Of a stretch of DNA of 64,000 bases, positions 28,222 through 36,661 are shown piece by piece. Source of the stretch: Phycisphaerae bacterium (lineage in GTDB: Bacteria > Planctomycetota > Phycisphaerae > Sedimentisphaerales > Anaerobacaceae). The notes beneath the pieces are model-generated. The model was not told where the DNA came from and did no database searches. It saw only the letters and a program-made list of their open reading frames with translations. Location: positions 10,156 through 74,155 of the forward strand of contig DAOWCP010000002.1 of the NCBI GenBank assembly GCA_030639495.1. Reading direction: 5' to 3'. The number at the start of each line of letters is the position of its first letter. Within the stretch, counting starts at the first letter, position 1. A program made the translations under genes and the position numbers.

Positions 28222-29049
28222 TTGAAAAGGCTGAAAATGCTTCTTTTTTGTAATTGCGGTTATTCAGACATAATTGACTCCGAGCTGAAAGATCATATAC
28301 TAAATAAGCTGGTAACCACAAAGCTTGATTTCGAAGTGGTACAGGATTTATGTGGACTATCGGCGAAAAAAGACACTAAGCTTAAATCCTGGAGACAGGC
28401 TGAGTCACTAACAATTGTCGCTTGTTACCGGCGGACGTTAAAATGGCTCTTTAACTATGCAGACGCTGCGCTGGATCCTGAAAAAACCCAATTTCTCAAC
28501 ATGAGGACAAGTTCTGCTGAGGAAATTCTCTCATCCTTATTTAACGAAGAAACTCCTTTCGGGGATAAGCAGGAAATTCAACTTGAAGAAAAAGGAGACT
28601 GGATACCATGGTTTCCGGTAATTGACTACGACCGATGTGAAAATTGCAAACAGTGCCTCAACTTTTGTCTTTTTGGTGTTTACGAACTTTCTCAAGACGA
28701 GCAGGTTCAGGTAACCAATCCTACCGGCTGTAAGACAAACTGTCCAGCTTGCGCAAGACTTTGCCCTTGTAATGCTATTATATTTCCAAAATACGATGAC
28801 AGTCCGATCAATGGCGATGAGGTTGGTGACAGCAAAAAAACAGATATGAATCCTGATGAAATTTACGAAATACTTAAACGGCGAAGCAAAACTAAAAAAC
28901 GATTTGAAAAAGACAGAGCGGACCAGCAGGAAATAGATTTAACAAAACTAAAAGATCAACTGGGAATTCCTTCGGAGGTTTTAGAATCTCTAAGGCCGGC
29001 AGAAGTGACTAAGTTGCAAAAAAAGTCGGAGAAGAAGAACCGTGAGTAA
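28222..29049 (+). CDS. 4Fe-4S ferredoxin-domain protein (likely a dedicated electron donor)
   Basis: CENCKQCLNFC and CKTNCPACARLCPCNAI cluster motifs. Stop and start overlap with the next gene. Confidence 0.65.
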   Translation: MKRLKMLLFCNCGYSDIIDSELKDHILNKLVTTKLDFEVVQDLCGLSAKKDTKLKSWRQAESLTIVACYRRTLKWLFNYADAALDPEKTQFLNMRTSSAEEILSSLFNEETPFGDKQEIQLEEKGDWIPWFPVIDYDRCENCKQCLNFCLFGVYELSQDEQVQVTNPTGCKTNCPACARLCPCNAIIFPKYDDSPINGDEVGDSKKTDMNPDEIYEILKRRSKTKKRFEKDRADQQEIDLTKLKDQLGIPSEVLESLRPAEVTKLQKKSEKKNRE

Positions 29050-30562
29050 ACAACGACTGAGGCCATTAGTAGTTCTTGTCGCCGACAGGACGCTTAGTGC
29101 TGACTATAAAATATTGTTTGAAGGCATCTTTGCCACTATGCAGACTACGCATGTCCCCGAAGTCGCGATGAGATACTTTGTTTCGCCGCGAGTTGCTGTA
29201 GATAGTGACGGGCGGGCAAGGACAGCACCTCTGGGATTGCGCCGAGTTGAATCTGCGCTTCTTGAATATACTGACTTGAAGGCTGAAGATATTGTTTGTA
29301 CGACTCCTGAAGCTTTGCCGGGAGTGTTGGGGCCTTGGGTAAAAATAGTTGGTTTCAGTTCCAGCGATCCTTTGGGAAAGGGGATGAGCAATACTACGAC
29401 GGATAATTTCTGGCCTGGTGAGCTTTATACGAGGTACTGGACGCGGAATACGCTTGAGAAGATTCTTGATGCCAAGAGAAAGCATCACTTTAAAGTAGTT
29501 GCAGGTGGTGCGGGTGCATGGCAGCTTGCTCGTTATGATGATAAGGTTGCGAATGAGTGTATTGATGTGATTTTTGAGGGTTATTTTGAGGAACTTGGCC
29601 CTGGGCTTTTTACGGACATCTTAAACGATAAAACCGTGGAGACACATATCTGTGAAAAAGGCTCATCGGTTGAAAAAGTCAGGCCTATAAAACGTGCTTC
29701 GATGCTTGGTATTATAGAGCTTTCCAGGGGTTGCGGGAGAGGGTGTAAGTTCTGTACGATGGCTAGTAAGAAAATGGAGCATCTACCGGCGAGTACGATT
29801 TTGGCTGATTTGGAGACGAATGTTTCTAATGGTGTCACTTCGGTTGTTAGCGGCAGTGAGGATTTTTTCAGGTATGGCGCGAAAGGGTTAAAGCCTGAGT
29901 TTGATAAGCTGCAAAAACTCCTTGAGCAGATGCGGGAAATTGAAAATCTTTCTTTTATGCAGATAGATCATGCCAATATTACAAGCGTGATGCAGATGAC
30001 AGATGAGCAATTGATCGAAACCAGAAGGCTTCTTTCGTGGAACAAGAAAACTGATTTCCTGTGGGTTAATATGGGCGTTGAAAGTGCTAATGGGCATTTG
30101 GTTTTTGCTAACTGTCCGGGTAAGATATCGCCATTTGAAGCGGGTGATTGGGAAGATCTGGTACGTCAGACGGCTGAGCGTATGAAGAGGACGGGGTTCT
30201 TTTCTGTGTTTAGTTTGATTTTGGGCCTGCCTGGTGAGACTGCTGATGATGTCCAGCGAACTCTTAAGCTTGCTAAGTATCTTGGGACGCAAAATGCGGT
30301 GATCTTCCCGGTTTTTTATGAGCCTTTGAGTGAAGACCAGAAGCCTTTTAAGATTGATGATATGCGGCTCGATCATCTTGAGTTGTATAGCACGTGTTAT
30401 GAGATTAATTTCAAAATGGTTCCACGGCTGTATTGGGACAATCAGCGAGCGGGTGGTGTGCCTTGGATTAAACGAGCAGCTATACGCGTCCTGGGCAAAA
30501 CGGAAGTTGCAGCATGGAGAAAAAGTTTCAGGAAAATTAGAAAGCAACTTCAAAGCAGCTAA
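29042..30562 (+). CDS. radical SAM enzyme with an N-terminal B12-binding-like domain (class B radical SAM; candidate isoprenoid or hopanoid tailoring enzyme of the HpnP/HpnR/HpnJ type)
   Basis: CxxxCxxC motif in ELSRGCGRGCKFCTM. Elp3-like LGLPGET. N-terminal Rossmann-like B12-binding region. The gene is embedded between a ferredoxin and terpenoid genes. Confidence 0.8.
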   Translation: MSKQRLRPLVVLVADRTLSADYKILFEGIFATMQTTHVPEVAMRYFVSPRVAVDSDGRARTAPLGLRRVESALLEYTDLKAEDIVCTTPEALPGVLGPWVKIVGFSSSDPLGKGMSNTTTDNFWPGELYTRYWTRNTLEKILDAKRKHHFKVVAGGAGAWQLARYDDKVANECIDVIFEGYFEELGPGLFTDILNDKTVETHICEKGSSVEKVRPIKRASMLGIIELSRGCGRGCKFCTMASKKMEHLPASTILADLETNVSNGVTSVVSGSEDFFRYGAKGLKPEFDKLQKLLEQMREIENLSFMQIDHANITSVMQMTDEQLIETRRLLSWNKKTDFLWVNMGVESANGHLVFANCPGKISPFEAGDWEDLVRQTAERMKRTGFFSVFSLILGLPGETADDVQRTLKLAKYLGTQNAVIFPVFYEPLSEDQKPFKIDDMRLDHLELYSTCYEINFKMVPRLYWDNQRAGGVPWIKRAAIRVLGKTEVAAWRKSFRKIRKQLQSS

Positions 30563-30581
30563 GCTGTTGGAAAAATTAAAA

Positions 30582-32255
30582 ATGTCTAACGATAGTAAAA
30601 ATAAAACTGAATTAAAGCCAGGGCAGGAAAAAGTGCCGCAATCAAAAGATATGCGGGATAAGCTTGTCGGCTTTGCCGGGGAATATGTTCGCGAACATAA
30701 ACTTATTGCTCCTTTGCCGTTAGGGCAATTGCAAAAGCATTGTTTGGCGATAATTAAAGAGCGGGGCGTAAGTGAGTCTTATATTGATTTTCTTGCGGTT
30801 GTTGTGAATAATCAGTTGTGGCGTGAAGCTGTAGCAGCCACTCCTTACGAGAAACGGCTGCTTTTACTACCAAAATGTTTGCGTGACAATGAAAATTGCC
30901 CGGCAGAGTTTGATCAGTTGGGTCTGGCTTGTGAAAATTGTGGTCGCTGCGTGATTGGCGATATAAAATCACAGGCTGAAGAGCTCGGGCTTATGGTTCT
31001 GGTTGCTGAGGGTTCACCTATCGTAATGTCACTTATACAGACGGGCAAGATCGAAGCGGTTATCGGGGTTAGCTGTCTTAGTGTGCTTGAAAAGACGTTC
31101 CCTTATATTGAAGCTGGGGCTGTGCCGTCTCTGGCAATCCCACTATTATACGATGGTTGTGTCAATACCAACGTAGATGTCGATTGGGTGCTCGATGCTA
31201 TTTATGAAAAAAGCAATGACGGTAAAAGTCGGCTTGACTTGCGGGATTTACGTGACAAAGTAAACAGTTTGTTTGAAGAGGATTCTTTGAAAGCATTTTT
31301 GGCAATAGGTGACAGTCAAACTGAAGCCTTGGCGTTGCGGTTTCTTTTAGGTGATGGTAAAAGATGGCGTCCCTTGCTGGTTGCGTATGCACACAAGGCG
31401 ATCGCATTTGAAACTGATAACGACCTTTGCAAAGACCTTTGTAAAACTGCAATTGCTGTAGAATGTTTCCATAAGGCCTCTTTGATACATGATGACATAG
31501 AAGACGGAGACCTTTTGAGATATGGCAAAAGGACGATGCATGCTGAATTTGGGATTCCAATTGCGCTGAATGTTGGTGATTTTTTGCTTGGAGAAGGTTA
31601 CCGTCTTCTGGCGGAACTTGAACTGTCACAAGACATAAAAGTAGAAATGTTAAATGTCTCAGCCCAAGGACACAGGGAGCTTTGCCTTGGACAGGGCAAG
31701 GAGCTTGAATGGGTTAGAAGCCCAAAGCCTTTGTCAATTGCCAAGGTGATCGACATCTTCCAGAAAAAAACTTCTCCTGCGTTTGAAGTAGCCTTAAAAC
31801 TGGGCATGTTATCAACGGGCAAAAAAACGGGGTTAGATGCACTTATAAAAAAATACTCAAATGCCCTTGGGATTGCTTACCAGATTAAAGACGACATAAA
31901 CGATTTTGATTCGAACACAGATTTTGATGATATTACCAGGAGTCGACCTTGTGTATTGCTGGCGATTGCCTGGGAAAAAGCTCAAACCCAGGATAGGCAA
32001 CTACTTGAGTCGCTTTGGCAAAACCAGCAGCAATCTGACGCTTTGAGAGAATCGGTTGCAGAAATGGTTGCCAGGCTGAGAATTAAAACAATTGCGATGA
32101 AACTGATGGAGACTTATAAAGACAAGGCAATCTCTTCTCTTGAGTCTATGGAAGATATCTCCTTTAAAGGTTTGCTGAGGAGAATCGTTAGTAAAATATT
32201 CAATGAAATCGATATTATGGGTTGCTGCGATGACTATAAGACTGGAAATGATTGA
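30582..32255 (+). CDS. fusion of an N-terminal cysteine-motif domain (CENCGRC; DUF116-like) with a trans-polyprenyl diphosphate synthase
   Basis: Two aspartate-rich motifs, IHDDIEDGD (FARM) and KDDINDF (SARM). Start chosen at the first ATG after the upstream stop. The ORF-track start at 30330 would overlap the radical SAM gene by 230 nt. Confidence 0.75.
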   Translation: MSNDSKNKTELKPGQEKVPQSKDMRDKLVGFAGEYVREHKLIAPLPLGQLQKHCLAIIKERGVSESYIDFLAVVVNNQLWREAVAATPYEKRLLLLPKCLRDNENCPAEFDQLGLACENCGRCVIGDIKSQAEELGLMVLVAEGSPIVMSLIQTGKIEAVIGVSCLSVLEKTFPYIEAGAVPSLAIPLLYDGCVNTNVDVDWVLDAIYEKSNDGKSRLDLRDLRDKVNSLFEEDSLKAFLAIGDSQTEALALRFLLGDGKRWRPLLVAYAHKAIAFETDNDLCKDLCKTAIAVECFHKASLIHDDIEDGDLLRYGKRTMHAEFGIPIALNVGDFLLGEGYRLLAELELSQDIKVEMLNVSAQGHRELCLGQGKELEWVRSPKPLSIAKVIDIFQKKTSPAFEVALKLGMLSTGKKTGLDALIKKYSNALGIAYQIKDDINDFDSNTDFDDITRSRPCVLLAIAWEKAQTQDRQLLESLWQNQQQSDALRESVAEMVARLRIKTIAMKLMETYKDKAISSLESMEDISFKGLLRRIVSKIFNEIDIMGCCDDYKTGND

Positions 32256-33114
32256 GGCTGTTAGTCGTTCGAAGGCGGTGATGGGTGATTCGGTTTCTTC
32301 GGTCGTTAACTTTCTAACAGCAAGCATTAATCCTGATGGCGGTTTTAAAGGACGCGACAAGCAAAGCGATTTATACTATACCGTTTTCGGGCTTGAAGCT
32401 TTGCTCGCCTTAGGTGGAACTTTTCCGCGAAATAAAATCTTTAATTTTGTTCAAGGATTTATTGATAAGGACACGGTAGATTTGGTTCATTTAGCAGCAG
32501 CTATACGTTGTTGTGTGAATCTTTCGGAAGGTGATATTGAAAAAAGCCTTCGCGAAAAGTTCATAAAAGACCTTGAGCGGTTTCGCAGTAAAGATGGTGG
32601 ATTTGCTAATGAAATGGGCGTTGAACATGGTACAGCTTATGGTTGCTTTTTTGCATTGATTGCTTACCAGGACTTACAGACAGATATGCCGGCTCATACC
32701 AAGGTAGCGCAATGCATTGGGGCCTTAGCGATTCCTGATGGTGGGTTTACTAACAATGCCAAAATCAAAACTGCCTCGACTAACGCAACTGCAGCGGCTA
32801 TGATAGTCCTAAACCATCTGCATCAATCATCGGATAAAAAAAACGCAGACTGGCTATTTAATCAATGTACTTCAGATGGTGGCTTTGTCGCAATGCCGAT
32901 GGCTCCGATACCTGATTTGCTTTCAACTGCTACTGCTCTGCATGGGTTGGCCGTTACAGGGTTTGAAATTGATACCATCAAGGAGAGGTGTTTGGATTTT
33001 GTTGACAGCCTCTGGTGCGGCAAAGGTGGTTTTTACGGCAATTGGACGGATGATATTGTTGATTGTGAATACACCTATTATGGCTTACTGGCTTTGGGGC
33101 ATCTTGGGAAATGA
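32248..33114 (+). CDS. prenyltransferase / squalene-oxidase-repeat (alpha/alpha-toroid) protein, ~290 aa
   Basis: Repeated DGGF/GG(F/W) motifs (NPDGGFKG, SKDGGFAN, IPDGGFTN, TSDGGFVA, GKGGFYG). Start chosen at the ATGATTGA overlap with the upstream stop; alternative starts at 32203 or 32230 are possible. Confidence 0.6.
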   Translation: MIEAVSRSKAVMGDSVSSVVNFLTASINPDGGFKGRDKQSDLYYTVFGLEALLALGGTFPRNKIFNFVQGFIDKDTVDLVHLAAAIRCCVNLSEGDIEKSLREKFIKDLERFRSKDGGFANEMGVEHGTAYGCFFALIAYQDLQTDMPAHTKVAQCIGALAIPDGGFTNNAKIKTASTNATAAAMIVLNHLHQSSDKKNADWLFNQCTSDGGFVAMPMAPIPDLLSTATALHGLAVTGFEIDTIKERCLDFVDSLWCGKGGFYGNWTDDIVDCEYTYYGLLALGHLGK

Positions 33115-34994
33115 TTATAGATATTAACGAAGAGACTCTTGGTAAAAGTATCCAGGGACTGGAAAAACGTTTGCTTGAATCCAGAACGCCACATGGGTTT
33201 TGGCAGGGACGTTTGTCAAGCAGCGCTCTTTCTACTGCTACTGCGGTTTTCGCTTTGACAATGGTTGATGAAAAAAAATACCAAACGCAAATTCAGCGAG
33301 GACTAAAATGGCTTCGTGATAACTCGAACAGCGATGGGGGCTGGGGTGACACACCTCTAAGCATTAGCAATATCAGCACAACAATGCTCTGCTGGGCAGC
33401 TTTTAAACAGACCGAGATCGCACCTGAATATGAAAAAACAGTAACTGATACAGAGAAATGGCTTATAAAAAATGCCGGCAGTCTCGAACCAGAGCAGTTG
33501 CTAAAGACTGTCAATGCAAAGTATGGCAAAGACAGAACTTTCTCTTCGCCTATTCTGATGATGTGCGCTCTGGCGGGTATGTTAAACGGGGCTGAAGATA
33601 TTTGGAAATTGCTTAAGCCTTTGCCGTTTGAATTGGCAATTGTGCCGCATAAGTTTTATAAGTTTCTGCGATTGCCGGTAGTAAGTTATGCATTACCTGC
33701 ATTGATCGCCATTGGTCAGCTTCAATTTCACCGTCGCAAACCTGCAAATCCGATTACCAGACTTCTAAGATATTTAACACAGGACAAAACTTATAACATA
33801 CTAAAAAAAATTCAGCCGGAAAATGGCGGCTTCCTCGAAGCTGCACCATTAACAAGCTTTGTAGTTATAAGCCTGGCTGCTACAGGAAAAAAAGACAGCA
33901 TCGTCACAAAAAGGGGAATCGGGTTTCTCCTGGATTTGGTAAGGGAAGATGGCAGCTGGCCTATTGATACGAATCTTGCCACATGGGTAACAACTTTATC
34001 TATCAATGCGCTTGCCGGGAATCCTGATTTTAAGAATATTCTCCCAACTAAGGAACGCAAAGATTTACAGCAATGGCTGCTCGTTCAACAACATCGAAAA
34101 GTACACCCTTACACCAACGCCGCTCCCGGGGGTTGGGCATGGACCGATGCGCCGGGGGCAGTTCCTGATGCTGATGATACTGCTGGTGTGCTTATTGCAC
34201 TTTACAATCTTGATTTGGTTGATGACAATGTGACCGAAGCCGTTAGACTAGCTATCGAATGGCTTTTGGACATACAGAATAAAGACGGCGGAATACCGAC
34301 TTTTTGTAAAGGATGGAATAAATTACCTTTCGACCGCAGTGCTGCTGATATCACCGCCCATGTAATAACTGCTATGAAACTATGGTTAGGTTTTTTGCCG
34401 GATTCTATGCAAAGATTGGTAAGAGCTGCAATTAAAAAAGCTCTTGGCTACCTCCAGCAAACACAACAAGGCAATGGTTCGTGGCTTCCCTTATGGTTTG
34501 GCAATCAGTTTGAATCTCAGCAGCAAAATCCTGTTTATGGAACAGCTAAAGTTCTAATATCTTTGTCCCAATTCATCAACACTGACAGCAATATTTCCGA
34601 AAGGATGTTTTCTGATTCTGTTAAATGGCTTCTGGAGGCACAAAATCATGATGGTGGATGGGGGCCGAGCAAATCAATAATATCATCTATAGAAGAGACA
34701 TCGCTCGCTGTAGATGCTCTTGTTAGCCTTATAAACCAGTTAGCCCAGCGCTCAAAAAAGGCGTGCGATTTGTTTCACAATCTTGAGCAAATGCGATCGG
34801 CGGTCTTAACAGGAACAGCCTGGCTCATAAAAAGAACTGACAAAAGTTTTACTGCTGCTCCGATTGGTTTATATTTTGCCCGACTTTGGTATTTTGAAGA
34901 GTTATATCCTGTTATTTTTGCATTATCTGCTATGAAAAAAATGAAATTAGAAAGCTACTTCAGAAACGTAATATCCCTTAGAAACTCAAAATGA
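33111..34994 (+). CDS. shc: squalene-hopene cyclase-like class II triterpene cyclase
   Basis: DxDDTA catalytic motif in VPDADDTAGV. Multiple QW/DGGW repeats (SDGGWGD, KDGGIP, HDGGWGP). 627 aa. ATGA start/stop overlap with the upstream gene. Confidence 0.85.
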   Translation: MIIDINEETLGKSIQGLEKRLLESRTPHGFWQGRLSSSALSTATAVFALTMVDEKKYQTQIQRGLKWLRDNSNSDGGWGDTPLSISNISTTMLCWAAFKQTEIAPEYEKTVTDTEKWLIKNAGSLEPEQLLKTVNAKYGKDRTFSSPILMMCALAGMLNGAEDIWKLLKPLPFELAIVPHKFYKFLRLPVVSYALPALIAIGQLQFHRRKPANPITRLLRYLTQDKTYNILKKIQPENGGFLEAAPLTSFVVISLAATGKKDSIVTKRGIGFLLDLVREDGSWPIDTNLATWVTTLSINALAGNPDFKNILPTKERKDLQQWLLVQQHRKVHPYTNAAPGGWAWTDAPGAVPDADDTAGVLIALYNLDLVDDNVTEAVRLAIEWLLDIQNKDGGIPTFCKGWNKLPFDRSAADITAHVITAMKLWLGFLPDSMQRLVRAAIKKALGYLQQTQQGNGSWLPLWFGNQFESQQQNPVYGTAKVLISLSQFINTDSNISERMFSDSVKWLLEAQNHDGGWGPSKSIISSIEETSLAVDALVSLINQLAQRSKKACDLFHNLEQMRSAVLTGTAWLIKRTDKSFTAAPIGLYFARLWYFEELYPVIFALSAMKKMKLESYFRNVISLRNSK

Positions 34995-35049
34995 GCATGG
35001 CAAGAATTTTCAAGGTTGCTCCCTCCCAAATATTCCTGTAAAATCGAAA

Positions 35050-35133
35050 TGGGCCAGGCTGGATTCGAACCAGCGTAAGCTTACGCTAATGGGTTTACAG
35101 CCCATTCCCTTTAGCCACTCGGGCACTGACCCC
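35050..35133 (-). tRNA. tRNA-Tyr (anticodon GTA) with long variable arm; CCA not encoded
   Basis: The reverse complement folds as acceptor GGGTCAG/CTGGCCC, D-arm CCCGAGTGGCTAAAGGGA, anticodon loop CTGTAAA (GUA), long variable arm and T-loop GGTTCGAATCC. It is close to E. coli tRNA-Tyr. Confidence 0.9.
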
Positions 35134-35438
35134 TTGATGCCGATTAAAGCACCAAAACCGCTAACTTACTGATTTTAAAACAGATTGCAAGAAAAAAGAT
35201 TACAGCTAATGCCCATATTTGTAAAAATTATTGTCTTTGCCATGACATTTTTTTTATTTTCATAAAATCCTTCTCAAAACTCGCTTTGAGCAACAGGCCC
35301 TTTAACCCGTGGTTGTTTAATTTTCAGCAAATAAGGCATAAAATACAACCTGAAATTATATTGATATTCGTCTGGATTGAGTATACATTATTTTTTGTAA
35401 ACTTTAGTTATTTAAGATAAATTTCAGGAGAACCAGTA

Positions 35439-36602
35439 ATGTCTATGAGTTCCAAGCAACGTCTTTTGGCTGCTATACAAGGCGGCAAACCTGATAGATT
35501 GCCCGTAACTACACATCAGCTCATGCCTTACTTTCTTAATAAACATATGGGCGGTATTTCCAATGATGAGTTTTTTGAACAAATGGGAATGGATGGGATA
35601 GTCTGGATTGTCCCTCACAAGCCTGATGAAAGCAGGGGTGAGTATTGTGATCCCAGTCAAGGCGAGCCGGGCTTTTTGGAGAGCAAAAGAATAAGCACTG
35701 ACAACTGGCGTATCTCATCTGAAGAGCTGGAACATCCTAATTATAAAACCGTAAGATTTACTATTACAACGCCTAAAGGCAATCTTACAACTGTATTGCA
35801 GTCTAATGAGATGACGACTTGGGTATCGGAACATTTGATAAAAGAAAAAACTGACATTGATATCATTGCGGAATTTATGACCTCGCCGACCTGTGATATT
35901 GATGAAGTTAACAGAACTGCTCAGCGGTATGGCGACAAGGCATTGATAAGGGGACATATTCCCTGCTTTGATATTTTTGGTCAGCCGGGGACTTGGCAGG
36001 ATGCGTGTTGTCTTGTCGGTACGGAAAAAATGATAATGGCCACTTTCGATGATCCGAAATGGGTTCATAGTCTTTTGAAAATGCTTCAGCAACGGAAGAT
36101 CGATTTTATGAAGACAACTAAGGGCGCAAATTATGATATATGGGAGCTTGGCGGTGGAGATGCTTCGACATCTGTTATTTCGCCGGATATGTTCAATGAA
36201 TATGTAGCTGGTTATGATACCGGAATAATCGCGGCGGTTCACCAGGCAGGCCAGCGTGTTGTTTACCATACCTGCGGAGGGATGATGCCGATACTTGAAG
36301 ATATCGCAGCTATGGGCCCGGATGCAATGGAGACATTTACTCCGCCTGATATGGGTGGCGACAGTGATCTGGCTGAGGCTAAAAAACGTATAGGCAGCAA
36401 AGTCTGCATGATCGGAGGCTGGGATCAGTTCCATTATTTTGAAGACTGCACAGAAGAAGAAACCCGCAGACAGGTTCGCAATTGCTTTGAACAGGCAGGT
36501 GAGGGTGGCGGTTATATTCTGTCGCCTTCTGATCACTTCTTCGATGCAGATGTTGAATTGATCAAAGCCTTTGCTGATGAAGCCCGCAAGTGTGTGTATT
36601 AG
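35439..36602 (+). CDS. uroporphyrinogen-decarboxylase (URO-D)-like family protein (MtaA/CmuA-type methyltransferase fold)
   Basis: 387 aa TIM-barrel-like sequence with an overall URO-D family resemblance. AGGAGA Shine-Dalgarno sequence 8 nt upstream. Confidence 0.55.
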   Translation: MSMSSKQRLLAAIQGGKPDRLPVTTHQLMPYFLNKHMGGISNDEFFEQMGMDGIVWIVPHKPDESRGEYCDPSQGEPGFLESKRISTDNWRISSEELEHPNYKTVRFTITTPKGNLTTVLQSNEMTTWVSEHLIKEKTDIDIIAEFMTSPTCDIDEVNRTAQRYGDKALIRGHIPCFDIFGQPGTWQDACCLVGTEKMIMATFDDPKWVHSLLKMLQQRKIDFMKTTKGANYDIWELGGGDASTSVISPDMFNEYVAGYDTGIIAAVHQAGQRVVYHTCGGMMPILEDIAAMGPDAMETFTPPDMGGDSDLAEAKKRIGSKVCMIGGWDQFHYFEDCTEEETRRQVRNCFEQAGEGGGYILSPSDHFFDADVELIKAFADEARKCVY

Positions 36603-36661
36603 TCTGTCATATTCAAGACAGCAATTAATAAATATTATCCGGTTGGTTAAGGAGAATAAAA

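Noticed and set aside
29888-30553. 221-aa minus-strand ORF antisense to the radical SAM gene
   Set aside because: It is a shadow ORF inside a confidently assigned plus-strand CDS, with no motifs.
30330-30581. ORF-track 5' extension of the polyprenyl synthase gene (start 30330) overlapping the radical SAM gene by ~230 nt
   Set aside because: The first in-frame ATG after the upstream stop (30582) gives a tight non-overlapping junction typical of this operon. The extension is most likely open frame by chance.
35715-36536. 273-aa minus-strand ORF antisense to the URO-D-like gene
   Set aside because: It lies fully inside a plus-strand CDS with clear family features. The antisense product is Cys/Arg/Ile-rich with no domain, typical of shadow ORFs.
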